The notes beneath the pieces were generated by a model, which worked only from the letters and a program-made list of their open reading frames with translations, ran no database searches and was not told where the DNA came from. A stretch of DNA of 64,000 nucleotides from Guillardia theta CCMP2712 (Eukaryota; Protista; Cryptophyta). The stretch is from assembly GCF_000315625.1 (NCBI RefSeq), contig NW_005434671.1, forward strand, positions 186,001 to 250,000, given 5' to 3'. Shown here one piece after another: positions 11,521-25,013 of the stretch. Positions within the stretch are counted from its first letter, which is position 1. The number at the start of each line of letters is the position of its first letter. Both the position numbers and the translations under genes were made by a program.

Positions 11521-12240
11521 CATACGGGGTTAAGACTAGAGGAACAAGATACATAAGCTAAGAGGGAGGCGTAGAGTATGGGCAAGTTCTGCAACAAAGT
11601 TCCGAGAAATCGTTTCGTGGTACCGACATGCGAAGGTGAGGGAGGGAGGGCGAGGCGGAGGAGGAGAGGATTGAGAGGGGAAGGGGGAGAGGGCGAAGCG
11701 GAGGAGGGAGGGGAGGAATCACTAAAAATTCAACAAGCGATCAAAGGGGGGTAGGGGGTACTTGACAAGGATAAGGCTGTTACAGAATCCGGAGTTCCTC
11801 TCGGATAGTATGGGTACTTATGCTTAAAATGAGGGGTACTTGCTTGTCAAGGTGACAGAAAGTACGGGTGTGATTCATGTAATGGGGGTGGAGGTGAAGG
11901 ATATTTTTCACCCCAGGGTGGGTCTCAACACCATGTCTCAGGGGTAGGGGGTGGTTGTCAAGGAGGTAAAATGGTCGGGCAATGCCGGCGATGCAGATGG
12001 CAAGGAAGCGAAGGGGAAGTGGAGAGACATGAAGCTGTATGCTTGCTTCCTTCCTCTCCTCCTCTGCCTCTTGCTCGCCCCCTTGGTGCACCTCTCGCTC
12101 CCTACCTCCCTCCTCCCGTGTCCTCTGTGCAGCAAGTTTGGGCCGGGACAGCTCCTGCCCTGGCAACTGCAGTCAGTGCAGGCATTGTGCCTTGGGATGC
12201 GGTAGATTCTCATCCTGTCAGTGCTGAGCCACAAGACAAA

Positions 12241-13477
12241 ATGAAAGAGAGAGAGGTGGGTCGAGATGGAGAGGGCAAGGATCTCGAAGATCGACATGCA
12301 ACCGTTAGTTACCATGGGAACGGGGATAGAGCAAACGATCTGAAGACAATGACGTCCAAGAAAATACTTCAGATGGGAGAAAACCTCATTGTGGAGAACA
12401 ACTTCTTGATTCTGAACTTGAAGCGCATCGTGCAGAAGCAGGAGATGGAGATCGTACCAGGTGACATGATCGCTCCGCTGGCTTTCGACGAGACTTTTCT
12501 GCATCCTTTCGCGGATGTGAAGATCTTCTTTCATCCCAGACATCATGACATGTCATCATCAAACGATCCGTCCAATCATCCTGAAGCTCTGCACACGCGA
12601 GCTAACTCTCCCTTCGAAACTCTCCTAGACAACATCATATCCGGTGCTGCCAACGCAAACAGGGCGAACAAGGTCAATCACACGGTTGAACATGCAACGA
12701 AGATCATCAACAACTACACGAGATCACTGACCAGCATTGTGTCGATGTCTTCTATCCTCTCTCTCGCTGCCGACAAGAGGCTGTTACGAAAGTTTTGGCC
12801 ATCGACAAGGGTCGTGTTGGGCATGAAGTCCTGCAGGCTGCTCAACGCGCAACTCCCGCTTGCTATGAAGAGAACCATCGTGTTTGCTTCCAGCAAAGTC
12901 ACTCCGAGCATGTCAGAGATGGCGTTGTGGCTGACGAGGTTCAAGGGCTACGTAGAGATCCAATGCAAGCACACCAGGTTGAACAAGATACAGCAGAGGA
13001 TTCTTACCAGCCTGCAAGTCTGTGAGAGTAGCGCTGACGATTTTGACCTGACGATTCTTCACGAATGTGAGAACCTCAAGTTGTTGGACCTGACTGGGCT
13101 CGGGCTGCGGCTGGATCAGGCGCAGATGCTGAGTGGATTCATTTCTGACTGCAAGGGTAAGATGTTGCTGTTTGTAGATTTTTGTCGGTGGGTGACGACA
13201 GGTTTCAGAGTTGCACACTTTACTTCTTGGCTACAACATTCTGTACGACCGTGGAGTTGAAATTATGTCAGAAGCGTTCCACAAGCTGCACAAACTGAAA
13301 GTGATCAGCTTGAGTGGAAATCAGGTTGGAGAGTGTGCAGTCGATGGTGAAGGACGAGGTGGTGATGACGATGACGATGATGATTGATGGTGAATGAATT
13401 GTTACTATGATGGTGATGGTGGTGGTGGTGGTGGTGACGATAACGATGATGATGATGATGACGACGACGACGACGAC

Positions 13478-13510
<33 letters not shown>

Positions 13511-14151
13511 AAGGAGGTGGTGGAGGAGGAGGAGGAGGAGGAGGAGGAGGAGAAAAAGGGTGGAGGATGAGAATGATGGGTTCCTTGCAATCAGGTGTCG
13601 CACGTTGGGGTCAACAATCTGTTTTCTAGCTTGTGCAAATCTCCCGTTGCGGCGAGTTTGAACAAGCTTGATCTCAGCTGGAATAAGTTCGGAAGAGATG
13701 GGGCCAAGGTTATGGGAAGCTGCTTATCCACCATGACCAGCCTGTCCGTCCTGATTCTTACTGGATGCTCTCTGAAGGATGACTCCCTGCCGTATGTCCA
13801 ACTTGACAAGCTGGGAAGGAGTCCGATACGTTTGACGTGACCGGCAGATTCATCATGGACAACCTGCCGACGAGTGTGACGATGCTGGGGCTGGGCTACA
13901 ATGAAGTAACGGACGAAGGGGTTGAGAGCATCGGCCGTTGTCGTCACGTGCAGGAGCTACACCTGGAAAACAATCAGGTAAAATCGGGGGGAGAGGAGGT
14001 GGAGAGCAAGGAAGGGAGCTGTAGGTGGATCAGAAGCACATTTGAGGAGATGGGATGTCTGTTGGGGGAGTAGGGAGGGAGGGAGACGAGAAAGTATGAG
14101 TGGACGGAGCAGAAAGAGGATGCAAGTGGAGGAAGGAAGAGGACAACATGT

Positions 14152-14210
<59 letters not shown>

Positions 14211-15330
14211 TATGTTGAGAGGAGCTGGTGCGACAAGTTTCCGCTCGGCCTTCACTGCAAGTCAGCTATGAGACTTCCCATCAGGTTGGCCCGGACGGAT
14301 TCTGCCGGCTCATGTCCGGCAATCCTTCCAGCTCCATCCGATCGATCAACATCATGTGGAATAAAATCGCAGGGGGGCAGGTCAAGAAGCTGAGAGAAGC
14401 TCTAGCAAGTGAGGACTCGTTTCCTCCCTCCTCCCTCTCCTCCTCCCTCCTCCCTTTCCTCCTTGCTCTCCTCCTTGCTCTCCTCCTTGCTCTCCTCCTT
14501 CCCTTCCTCAAACCCTGCAACCTAGTCTCCCTATGGCACCTTTCCTGACGCATATCTCTACCCTCCCTACCTGTTTCAACCTCTCTCTTCTCCTCTGTCT
14601 TTCACACTCACTGATTTCCTCCCTGTCTCTTCCGCCTTGCCCTCTCTCCCTCCTTCCCACCCATCCACCCTCTCTCCTCCTCTCTCCTCCTCCCTCCCTC
14701 TCCCTCTGTCTGCCTCCCTGTCCCTCACTCTCTTTGCTACAGACTGCTCCCTTCAGTCCCTCAACCTCGCCTCCAACGACTTCGGCATCGCTGGAGTCTC
14801 CTCCCTCGCCTCCTCCCTCTCCTCCTGCTCCTCCCTCCGCGATCTCAACCTTGCCGCAAACCGCTTCGGCCCCCTTGGCATGCAGGCGCTGCTGCGTCCC
14901 CTTGCAGGTTCGCCTCACCTGCTGGCTCTCCAGCTGACTATCGAGCAGAGAGCAGCTGGATCGTTCTGCTCGACCTCTCCCATAACGACATAGAGGACGC
15001 TGGGGCCGTTCACTTATCTCAAGGTGGGAAAGCTGTTTGCGGGGAGGGTTGGCCTGACACGTGTTGACAGCTATATCCTCCAGCTGGAAGTTGAGAGCCC
15101 TGAATCTCAGCGGGAACAAGAGTAACGCGCTGCTTCCTCCCCCTTCCCTTCTTTCCCCTAGAGTCCCTCGCGCGTCTGTTGAACCTTTGCTCCTGCTCAT
15201 GCTCGTTGCTTCCTAACCCCCTCTCCCCTCCCCCCTCCCCCCCCTTCCTCTTGCTTTCATGCTGCTGCTGCTGCTGCTCCACCACTACCTCCTTGTCCTT
15301 GTCCTTGTCCTTGTCCTTGTCCTTGTCCTT

Positions 15331-15383
<53 letters not shown>

Positions 15384-16206
15384 CCACCTTCACCGCCACT
15401 ACCTCCTCCTCCCTTTCCTTTCCTTTGACTTCTATTTCTACTTCCTCCTCACCACGTTGGTCGCAGTTGGAGCCCAAGGGTTGTTGCCGCTCACTAGAAG
15501 TCTGTCGCTGTGCATGCACCTCGAGGATCTGATCCTGAGGTGCGTGCGGGATGGAAGAGACGAGGAAGAAGTTGAGAAGAGGGGGAAGGAGGAAAAAGCG
15601 AGAAGAGCGCAGTGGAGGACAGGGGAAGAAGAGGAAGGCGAGGAGAGGAGAGAGGATTTCAGAAGGAAAGAGGAAGGATAGCGGAGGGAGAGAGGAAAGA
15701 AGGGGTGAGGGTCGATGAAGAGGACGGGAGAAGGGGATGGAAGAGGTGAGGAGGAGGAGGCTGTTTCCCCTGATCCTTCCTGACCTCCACAGCTGGAACC
15801 CGTTCGGCGACGAAGGAGGCGCGGCCCTGCTCTCGGTGATATGCATACTCTTATGTTTCTCCAGCTGACGCCCAGCAGATGATCCCCAAGTGCCGCCGCC
15901 TGCAGGCTCTCGAGATGCAGAGCTGCCACCTGAGCTCGGACGGCATCGAAGTCTTTCAGACGAGCTGCATACTCCGAGGAAAAGTGAACGTTTTACTATA
16001 GCGAGCCGTTTGACTAGTTTGACACCGGTCAAAAGAATAATCTGCAAGGGATGGAGGAGGAGGGGGGAGCAGCAAGGGGTTTGCCTTTCCTCCTGCCCTC
16101 CCTCTGCTCGATCTCCCTGAATGCCTGGCAGGGAGAGGACCTTCACTCGGTCCTCGCCGCCCTTCCTGCATCCACGAGAGGAAATCTCCTCCTCCTCCTC
16201 GGTTGA
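12241..16206 (+). CDS. Leucine-rich repeat protein, ribonuclease-inhibitor-like LRRs
   Basis: Exons encode LKLLDLTGLGL, LHTLLLGYNIL, LNKLDLSWNKFGRDGAK, VQELHLENNQVGPDG, LQSLNLASNDFGIAG, LRDLNLAANRFGPLG, LLDLSHNDIEDAGA, LRALNLSGNK and LQALEMQSCHL. Start uncertain (11971-12349); probable stop TGA 16204-16206. Confidence 0.85.
13360..13552. repeat. Compound trinucleotide microsatellite (GAT/GGT/GAC/GAG)n in LRR intron
   Basis: Directly visible. Confidence 0.9.
15290..15381. repeat. (TCCTTG)n/(TCCTCG)n hexamer microsatellite in LRR intron
   Basis: Directly visible. Confidence 0.9.
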
Positions 16207-16251
16207 CGTGTGTTGAGTAGAATAAGTTCCATCCTGGTGTCCCCTCCGCCT

Positions 16252-18646
16252 TCATCGCGCCGAGGACAGAAAGTAGTCATCGTAACACTAAAGATCGGGA
16301 GGAGAGGAGGGTGGAAAGGAGGAAGGAGAACGTCAGCGATCGTCTCAGCATGCCGCATGTTGCTTACCGAGATGAACTCTCTGTTTTCATCGACTCCTGC
16401 GGCAGCGAGTCAAACTCTCAACCTCCTCCCTCCCCCTCCTCTTACTGATCGAGTACGGGAGCCGTTGAGCAGCGCCGAGGAGGGTAAAAGTTGGTACGGA
16501 GTTGAAGAGATGCTGGCCAAACTCGTGGCATGCGCTGCACGTCGTGATCAGTCGAGAGACTAACATGGAGGACTGAGAGAACGAGATCATCGTACCGGAG
16601 ATTGTACAAGGGGACCCGAGTGTTGAGGTGGTGGATGTGGTGATACTCAATGGATGCTGAGAAAAACTTGAACCATTCCGGGACCAGGAGGTACCTTCGG
16701 AATTGTGACCGAGAGGAAAGAGGAGGAAAGATGAGGGGGAGGGAGGAGGAGGAGCAGCAGCAACAGGAGGAACTGAGGAAGAGGAGGAGGAGGAGGAGGG
16801 AGGAGGAGGAGCAGCAGCATGTTGAAGGAGCAGGAGGAGGAGAGGGTTCAGAGCTTACGAGCTCCCCGTCATTCCATTCTCGTAACGAGAGTACTCGGAG
16901 CAGGGAGCCTGACGTTGTTGGTGAGAACAAAGTCTTCCTTCAAGGAACTTCCTAGATCCCTCCACACCTTGTAGGATCCTTCGAAAGTGTGTTGAATGTG
17001 GAAAAGGAAAACTCCCAGACCCCCTCCTAGACCCTGCCGGCAGGACGTCAGACAACAAGGTTGGCAGTAATTGTATTAGAGATGCTGGGGGTGAGATGAT
17101 GTACAGAGTGCTAGATGAAGGGTAGAGCAGAGGAGACAGGGAGGAGAGGAGAGGCGGGGGAGAAGAGGAGAGGTAGGGAAGAGGAGGAGAGGCGGGGGAG
17201 AGGAGGAGAGGCGGGGGAGAGGAGGAAAGGAGGAAAAGAGGAAAGGATGATCAAAACAAGGAGAAAAAGCGAGAGGAGCTGGGACAGTTGTCCTACACTT
17301 ACAGTAGTGAGAAGATCCACCATCATAAGCCTGTAGTCTCCATATCCATAGATTGCCAACAGGTACCTGACAGGTGCTTTGAGGAGACAGTTCACGACAT
17401 TTCTTGTATTCTTACATGGCAACCAGCAAGTTTTCATACCACTTTGAAATGAACCTCTGGTAAACCATGAAGTAGAGGTATGGTGTTGTCGACACTAAGG
17501 TCCAGTGTCCGTATATCATCTTGAAACCAGTGTCATGACATCAAGCAAGCGGCTGCCAGCATCACAACCTTGTACATGAGTTTCTGCGCCTGAGACAACT
17601 TCTGGTATTGCTTGATGTCCAGCGGGGCTGTTTGCGCATATTGCTTCCTATCTGTGTTGTTGCTATGTCTGAAGACGAAGAGTCTCAAGACTGTAAATTT
17701 GACTGTAAATTTACCGATGATGGTAATCGTGCCCTCTCTTCCACCCGGAATATGGTGTATACACCATCCATCCCAACAAGATGGCCTGTAACAACGCAGG
17801 CCAACACGTTTACACGTTTGCAAACGCGACAAGATCCTCTCTCACCCCTATCGCGTTGATCCTGCTTTTCGAGAAGAACGAGTGGTGCGCCATATCATGG
17901 AACACACAAAACAGTCGTGTTCTCGTAAAACCTCATCGGGCCAGTCAGCCTCCCCTCCCGTTCCTCCTCCGAGAGGATTTACCGCATATCAAGATTGCAA
18001 TGGGAACAGCGATCCACTTGTGCTCTCCCTCGTACATGCATGCAAAAGCAAACAAGAACCAGTAGATGATTAGCGTCTCGGCCACTATGAAAGTTGCCAT
18101 CAAGTCGTCTAGCACAACATGGTCAGGCGACATCTCAGAGTCACTCTTAATGGTGTGAGAGAGGCAAAGAAGTTCTGACTAGGTTCCTCCCCACGATCTT
18201 ACTTGGCTTCGCAAACTTGGAGATGTGATTGTAGACTTCGGATTCATTAGGTAGCGATTGTTCCTTCCTGATACTTCACAACGGGTTAACGAGCGCTGGC
18301 AGCTGTGTTTGTTGATCGAACCTGTTTTGGTCCTTGTCATCACTTGATGATGAGACCGTATTGGAATTCTTTGGCATTTCCTGGCATGCATGTATCATGC
18401 GATGAGAAGGTGTAGACAGCTGCAGGAACCTTTCGGAATGAAGTAAGACTTGAAGAAAACAAGGTGATGAATGCTGACAACGCTGGGGTTGCATGTTACA
18501 ATGGACTGAAAGCAAAAGAACTCGTGAAACCTGATCTGATACCCTTGACATCATTCTGATAAAAAACAATCAGAATCCTGATCGTCGGAAACAACATCAA
18601 GGCTCACCGCCAGCTTTGAATCATCGAATCCATTTTGTTTGCACAT
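16252..18646 (-). CDS. Membrane fatty acid desaturase (Des/delta12-FADS-like, no cytochrome b5 domain)
   Basis: About 14 small exons give His boxes HDMAH (17899-17885), GHDYHHRH, FLFHIQHTFEGSY and IEYHHIHHLNTRVPLYNLR (HHIHH at 16642-16628). Final exon CYDDYFLSSAR* with stop 16254-16252. Start MCKQNG at 18646 is tentative. Confidence 0.88.
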
Positions 18647-19344
18647 GTTCACCAGGGACCAGGAAAGTAGCCAAGAAAGAAAGGATCTTACAATATCGAG
18701 CTTATTGACATCTGAAATCCGAAAGTCACGAAAACAATCCTATACGCTAGCATCCTTCAAATGATGTCGTTGTACTGACGACATCATTGCAACGGAATTC
18801 ATCGGGGTGGAGGAACAACAACCACGTCAAGAGTCGCGGGCATCAAGTCAGCCATTGTGAGCATTTCTACACTCATTCACGACTGATAACTGTCCTCGCT
18901 AGTTGAATCCAACCCTACACTCGGGATCTAAACTCGTCTCCTCGCACCTGACCAAACAATGCCCTCCACAAAAACCATTTGGTTGTAACGATGAAATTTT
19001 GGTTTGTACCGATCACATCCACGAGCGATGAATCATCACAATTGTTGATCCCGTATAACAATTCTATTAGAATTCTTCAGGCAATCTGATACGTGTCATG
19101 CGTGTCTCCTTCCTAAACCTTTCTACAGGGACGTTCATCCTCTCTCCGATGACACAACAAGCACAGGAGCATCTCTCGTCTCTACCGAGGAGCTTCCTTT
19201 CCTCCACGTTGGCTACCTCCCTCTACCATTATCATCTTCTATTCACTTCTCAATTTGATAGGCCATGTGCACATGTCGCCGATCCATTTTCATTGCCATC
19301 GTCCCACCTGCTCTCGTTGCCCTGGCCTGCCATGAGGCGTCCTG

Positions 19345-20765
19345 GGTGACCCTGAGAGGAGTCATCGAAGCAGGGTGGGGGTACTTGAAAGTTGAGTCCT
19401 GGTCCCAATTAGGTAGGTGGGGGTGATCAAAATAGGGGTGGGTGTGAATCTTCAATCAGGCTGGATTGGGATAGGGGGATCATTACCAATAACAGATGAG
19501 TAATTGTATATAGGATAGGAGGCTATATATATAGTATCAATGACAGAAACCATCATTGTGAATTTTAGAGGGTAGGGTCAATTTTTTTTGGGGTAGGGGT
19601 AAGAAACATCAGGGTAGGGTAGGCAACTCCATGGGTGGTGATGGTTTGTATAGTTGGGTATTCCAGGATCCCACGCCCAGAGGTTGCCTGACCACGACGA
19701 GATAGACAGAATAGAGGGTAGGGTGGTACATTGAGGGTGGGGGTGGGGGGTATGTTTCGGACTTGAGGTATCTCTGTGGTAGTCATGGGTCAGATGCATG
19801 TACCGGTGGTAGTCAGTCAAAGGGTAGGGTCGGATCAGGAGGTGTCGTCGGGGATGGTCGGCGACATAAAGGGGAGGATAGACGAGGGTGGGGTGGTAAC
19901 AGGGGGTGGGGTGGTATATGACAAAGGGATGTAGGGGCAAATGTAAACTGAGGGGTAGGCTCTCAGATTTCAGATCAATAAACTGGGTGGGTGGTGGTAC
20001 GCGAGGGGTGCTTGGTGAAAGGATATCGTAAGTAATCATGAAGTTAGTAACAAGGGTGGGTATTTTTAAGTCATCATTGGGGGTGTAGAACCATGTCATG
20101 ATTGCTAGTGGGTGGGTGGTCATTGAATAGTAGGGTGGGGTCACACATGGCAGGAAATGAACTCGTCGAAGGTGAGGATGACCGGCTTTAGAAGGCGATT
20201 GATCTCAACTAGGGGGTGGTGGGGTGGCACATTCCGGAGTCACCTGCCGCACTGGGCCCGGCGGGCTGCTCGGCCCTCCAGCCCCGGCCGGGCGGGGCCG
20301 CGGGCCGGGGCGGGGCCCCGGCCCAGTGCACGCCCCGGACCCCGGCCGGGCGGGTCCGACCGGGTCACGGCCCGATCGGATCTAGTATTATCTTAGTCAC
20401 TAATCCTGCACTGAAATCACGGTGCCGTACGGTCACCGGACCACCACAGACGCCGTGGCATGGGCTCCGAGTCCGGGATTCACACCGCGGGCGGCCGGAT
20501 CATGGGGCCGGCCGCCGCCGGTCGGAACTTCCGTTCAATCATTCAATGATTCGATGACTCACTCACCAGGCCGCCCCGCTGCCAGCAGTGCCACGGTGTA
20601 CATTGAACGGATCATCGGATAGGCTCACAGGCTGGGGTGATCATTGGAACTTGCGACTTGCCAATCACTCGGACTCCGGGAACACTGGCCCGGGCCGGGG
20701 CGGATCAAGTCCGACTTGATTCTGTGGCACAGAATGATCCGACTGATTCAGTCATTCGTAGTCAT
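19345..20765. other. Composite intergenic island: GGGT-rich (19345-20230) followed by CCGG-rich (20230-20765)
   Basis: Dense GGGGT runs on the + strand, then CCGG/GGCC-rich sequence. No credible ORF. Confidence 0.75.
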
Positions 20766-20783
20766 TCAACATCTCTATCTCGT

Positions 20784-22077
20784 CTAGTAACCTCCCTGAA
20801 AGTGCAGCCATTTCACGCAAGTTTCTCTTCTTGCGAATTCGGGGTCTTCTTCCTCCCTCTCCAACTTAAGCTGTGTCTCCCCGATCAATGCCTGCACGGC
20901 CACGTGTTAGCGGCATGCCTAGGAAGAACTTGTGCTGGCTACCTCAAGATAAGCCTCCATGTCTTCCTGCCTCCTGTTGAGCTCTTCAAGTTTCTGCAGA
21001 ACATCAGACTTCGGTAGTTGCCCACAACCTGCTTGCCTCGTCCATGATGGCTTCTAGTGTCTCAATGTCCCGTGCTCCTTGAAACAAATCTATCGAACGA
21101 TCCCCGAACCGACTTTTGACCTCCTCGCTGAGCATGCTCGTCAGGTCGAAATCGACCATGTCAAGACAACTATGCTTCCAAGTCACCTCAGACTCTGGCA
21201 GACTGCGTGGTTGAGGGTAGAGGCATCCAGTCGTCCATCGAGTGCCTGAAACATTCTCAATCATTCATGCACCACAACGTCTCATGTCTCTACTTCTCAC
21301 CTTTTGCAAGAAGATGTGTTTCTCAAAGGGGCTCTCTGGTAGAGACACCAGGTCGTCCTGTCTTAAGGTCATAAGGCTGTTGCTACGATCTCCTAGGGTA
21401 TCCACCTTCTTCTCGAAGGTTGGAGGCGACGATGCCTAGGAAGCAGGTGAGTCATACTATCAGTTGCATCGCCATGGCTCACAGCTGCGAACTGGCTCTG
21501 AGGTGCTTGAGAGCATGAACAAAATCTCCCCATGCTCTGCAGCATCAGATCCGACGCCTTGTTGGCGATGTCCCAGGCATTAACATCCGATTCCCTCATA
21601 TCGAAAGTGCTCAAGTCGTTGGCAACGTTGAACAGGATGGAGGTAATCTCCTTATCCTCACGCATCCACGATTCCTTGATCGTGTTCGAAGCCCTGATAG
21701 CGATGTCTCTGTGAATTTGCCTTGGGATCCACTCGTCGTCCAACCACGTCGTTATCTCATCCTGCATGATCTTCAGCATCTGTCATGACAAGAACGTCTC
21801 TCACCTCAACCCAGGTCCTCAATGCATCGATGTCATCCACCTGCAACCTCGCGCCAAACTTCATCTCATCATGCTCGCTATCCGCCAGGGCGCAAACAAA
21901 TCGCGCTCGAGCATGTTGTGCTGGTGCTCTAAGGGAGGCAGGAAGGCGCAAGTTTGAGCGCTGATCATGCTGGATGTGAGAGCGATGGAAGGAAGACACT
22001 CGAAGGGCTGCATGAAAGCCGCTGAAGCTCAGCACCGGCGCCGCGGCCATGGCCAACAGCGAGATCCTGAAGAGCAT
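20784..22077 (-). CDS. Plastid-targeted conserved hypothetical protein
   Basis: MLFRISLLAMAAAPVLS-F bipartite leader. Core WLDDEWIPRQIHRDIA...DVNAWDIANKASDLML resembles an uncharacterised cyanobacterial/plastid family (from recall). Several short introns; ends KWLHFQGGY*. Confidence 0.75.
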
Positions 22078-22238
22078 TTCTCTCACCTTATAACCTGACC
22101 AGTTACATCGAAACGGATTTGCTAATAGGAACTGCATGAAAAGACCGCCTCAGCACTTGTACTTAGCTACTTCGAAGGACAGCAATTTTTGAGGTATTTT
22201 GGAACCATTTCTGCCCTTGGAATCAGTCGGGGAGGAAA

Positions 22239-24340
22239 ATGGTTAACCGGGTGACACTGTGGGCAAGGAGAGAGAGGAGAGGGGGAGGAGACGAGAGTAA
22301 CGCGAGTCATGGAGGAGGAATGGCAGGGATCAGCAGCTGGACGTGCAGCAGGATGGGGATTGCTCTGCTGGCAATGATTGCGACGAAATCTTCTCTCTAC
22401 TGCCATGCGTCCCAACACGAGATCGTTTACACCGACGAGACTCTAGGACTCTCCATGTCCGATCATGCTCAGGTTCGTGCCCTCTCTTCGTTCCTCTCCT
22501 CGTTGTCCTGACTTGTGCTCGATGACTCAACAAGACCATCGTCCATGTGCAGCCGCACAGACGCGAGCTTCGCTACAGAGCGCCCATCGTCTATTTTTAC
22601 TCGAGAGGAGGGAGGCAGATGAAGAACAGAGGAGCAGAGGTCTTCCATCAGCTGCATGATGCTGTTCGCAGAGAGGGGATAGAAAGTTACCTCGAGGATG
22701 GAGTGTACGAGTACAAGACCGAGCACAGCAACGTGAGGCTCGGGGTCAACTTGTGTCAGACCCTGACACCTTGATTGCAGTTTATCGAAGACTACGAGAT
22801 CGTCTTCAAGAACTTGACCATCCATGACTTTGTCATCGTCACAGCCATCCCGCATGCCATGGACGAGTCTCAGGGGTACCTGATGCCCGGCTACACAGGG
22901 GCCCCGTTCCTGGCAGACAGGGTCAAGGTCATAAAGTGGCAGATAGGCTACTCGTTCCCCTCCTTGGCGTACTTTGTGGATGAGAAGCAGCACATGATCT
23001 GTGACACTTACTTCCTCTCGGACGTGATGGGGTGCGTGAAGGAGGCTTACATCCGCGCTCCTCCGCTGGAGATGTACTACCTTGCAGCGGAGAGAGCGAG
23101 GGAGGAGAGTGAGGATGGGACCCTGAGGTCGTTCAAGGAGCGTCTTGTGCTGTATGACAACGACCACGAGTTTGACACTACAAAGTTGCAGTTGAGAGAG
23201 GGTTGCTTGCTTGTCAAGCTGGACGGGCTGAGCAGATCGGAGATGTTTGACGCGTACAAGAGGGCGGTAGCTGTCATCGACTTGTGGTTGCCGGGGGCAG
23301 AGACAGTGACGGCAGAAGGAGCGCTATTCGACTGCTGCGTCCTCGTTCCCAACGAGATGAACGGGGCGAACCCTCGAGATTTTCCAATCGACAGCAGGTG
23401 GAAGGTGGGAAGGACTTCGGATGGGAACTGGAACTACGTGCAGATCTCGGAGCTGCTCAACAGGGCACTGGACGACTACGAAAACTTCCTCCTCGAGTTC
23501 AAGCAGCTGAAGCAGCATGTTCTCCAGCTCCCCGAAACTTTCCAGCTCAACGTTCGGAGGTACTTCTCCAATGATATCCACTTCGTTGCGATTGGGTACA
23601 ACGAGGAGGAAAGGAAGTACTTGCTCCCCTGGGCCGTTTCCGTCCTGATGAACTATCCCATTGCTACTGTGGAGATAGTCGTCTACAACCGCTTCCGTCT
23701 TGGCCTCTCCACCTCTCCCATCCTACAGGTCCTGCGGCAGAAGGGGATCGCGCACAAGCTTATCGTCTCTGACGGCATCCCCTCTCGCTCCCAGCGGCCC
23801 TTCCCCAGCATCGACCGAGGCCCCACCGTGTCCTTCCAGCACGCCATGCAAACTCCGGCGACCTGCTTTGCTAGCCCCTTTGCTTCCTTCCTCCGCCCCG
23901 ACCTCCTCGAGCTCGTTCAGAGTGACTCCTCCGCCTGGGCTGATGCGCTCGAGCGATTCCCCGAGGCGTCAGTGGGAGGAGACGGAGCGGGCGACTGGAT
24001 CCCCGAGCCATGGCCCGTCGAATGTTTCGCCACGGGCCCTCACAGTACCAAGCCGCTGGAAGATGCATGGGCGAGCATGGGCGAGCTGTGGCGGGTGCGG
24101 TACTGGGATGGAGCTGTGACGTACACGGCAGGTAACGAGGAGGAGCAGGAGGAGGGAAGGGGGGGGAAAGGAGGGGGGGGAGGATGAGGACGAGCAGGAC
24201 GAGCGCGAGGGAGAGGGGGCGAGGTCAAGTTGAGCTGCAGATGTCAAGAGACTGTCGGACGAGAACTGCAGGCATCTTGAGGAGATGATGACCAACTCGG
24301 TTTACAAAGGAGTCTTCCCGTACTTCGATGATGACTACCG
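22239..24340 (+). CDS. Secretory-pathway protein with a GT-B glycosyltransferase-like domain (last exon unresolved, stop at or before ~24783)
   Basis: Hydrophobic N-terminus MGIALLAMIATKSSLYCHA. Large exon 22781-~24131 contains LDGLSRSEMFDAYKRAVAVIDLWLPGAETVTAEGALFDCCVLV...DFPI, which resembles a GT-B C-terminal nucleotide-sugar subdomain. Confidence 0.65.
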
Positions 24341-25013
24341 GTAACTGCTGCTGCTGCTGCTGCTGTCCCTCCTCCTCCTCCTCCTCCTCCTCCTCCTCCT
24401 GCTCCTCCTGCTCCTGCTCCCCTCTCCCTACACTGCCGCTGCTCATCTCTCTGGTATCTGCCCTTGTTTGCTTCTTTGTTTCGACCCAACTTCCCATCCC
24501 ATCACCTTCCTTCCTCGTCACCATGTATGCACCCTCCTCTTTCCCTCCCCGTCGAACCCACTTATCTCTCTCCCCTATGTCCGCTTCCAGCTGTTGCTTA
24601 CTGCAAGTTTCTACTGACGTTGCTCAGGTCATTTATGAACAAACATCTCGAATTGTGCAATTCTTGACAGAACCATCACCAACCTACAGAATTCTCTTAA
24701 CATCCATGTAAGAAATACACCTCGATCAGCGATATCATTGAACAAATATCCATACAGGACCTGATGGATGTCATTTTAAAATAACTTTGAGAGTTGGATT
24801 GCTTCTTGCTCATGGAGTTTGTATCTTACAGGATTAACAGGCAAGTATTTTAAAGATGCATTGTCCTGCTGCAAACACACAGACATCTGAAAATCGAAAA
24901 GAGTTCCATTCCCTCTGTCATGCTTGAACCATTCTGTTTAATCTCAAGCACAAGAAGAAAAGCAGTCACAATGTACAAGATGATGTCAATCCCCTCCCTT
25001 AGCTCAACGGCCT

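Noticed and set aside
15019-16146. 375-aa minus-strand ORF
   Set aside because: Antisense shadow across LRR exons and SSR-rich introns; low complexity.
16210-16563. + strand 117-aa ORF as a possible last LRR exon
   Set aside because: It is antisense to the desaturase 3' exons, which carry conserved motifs; the LRR gene has a plausible stop at 16206.
19345-20230. Interstitial telomeric repeat
   Set aside because: G-rich, but no tandem TTAGGG/TTTAGGG periodicity.
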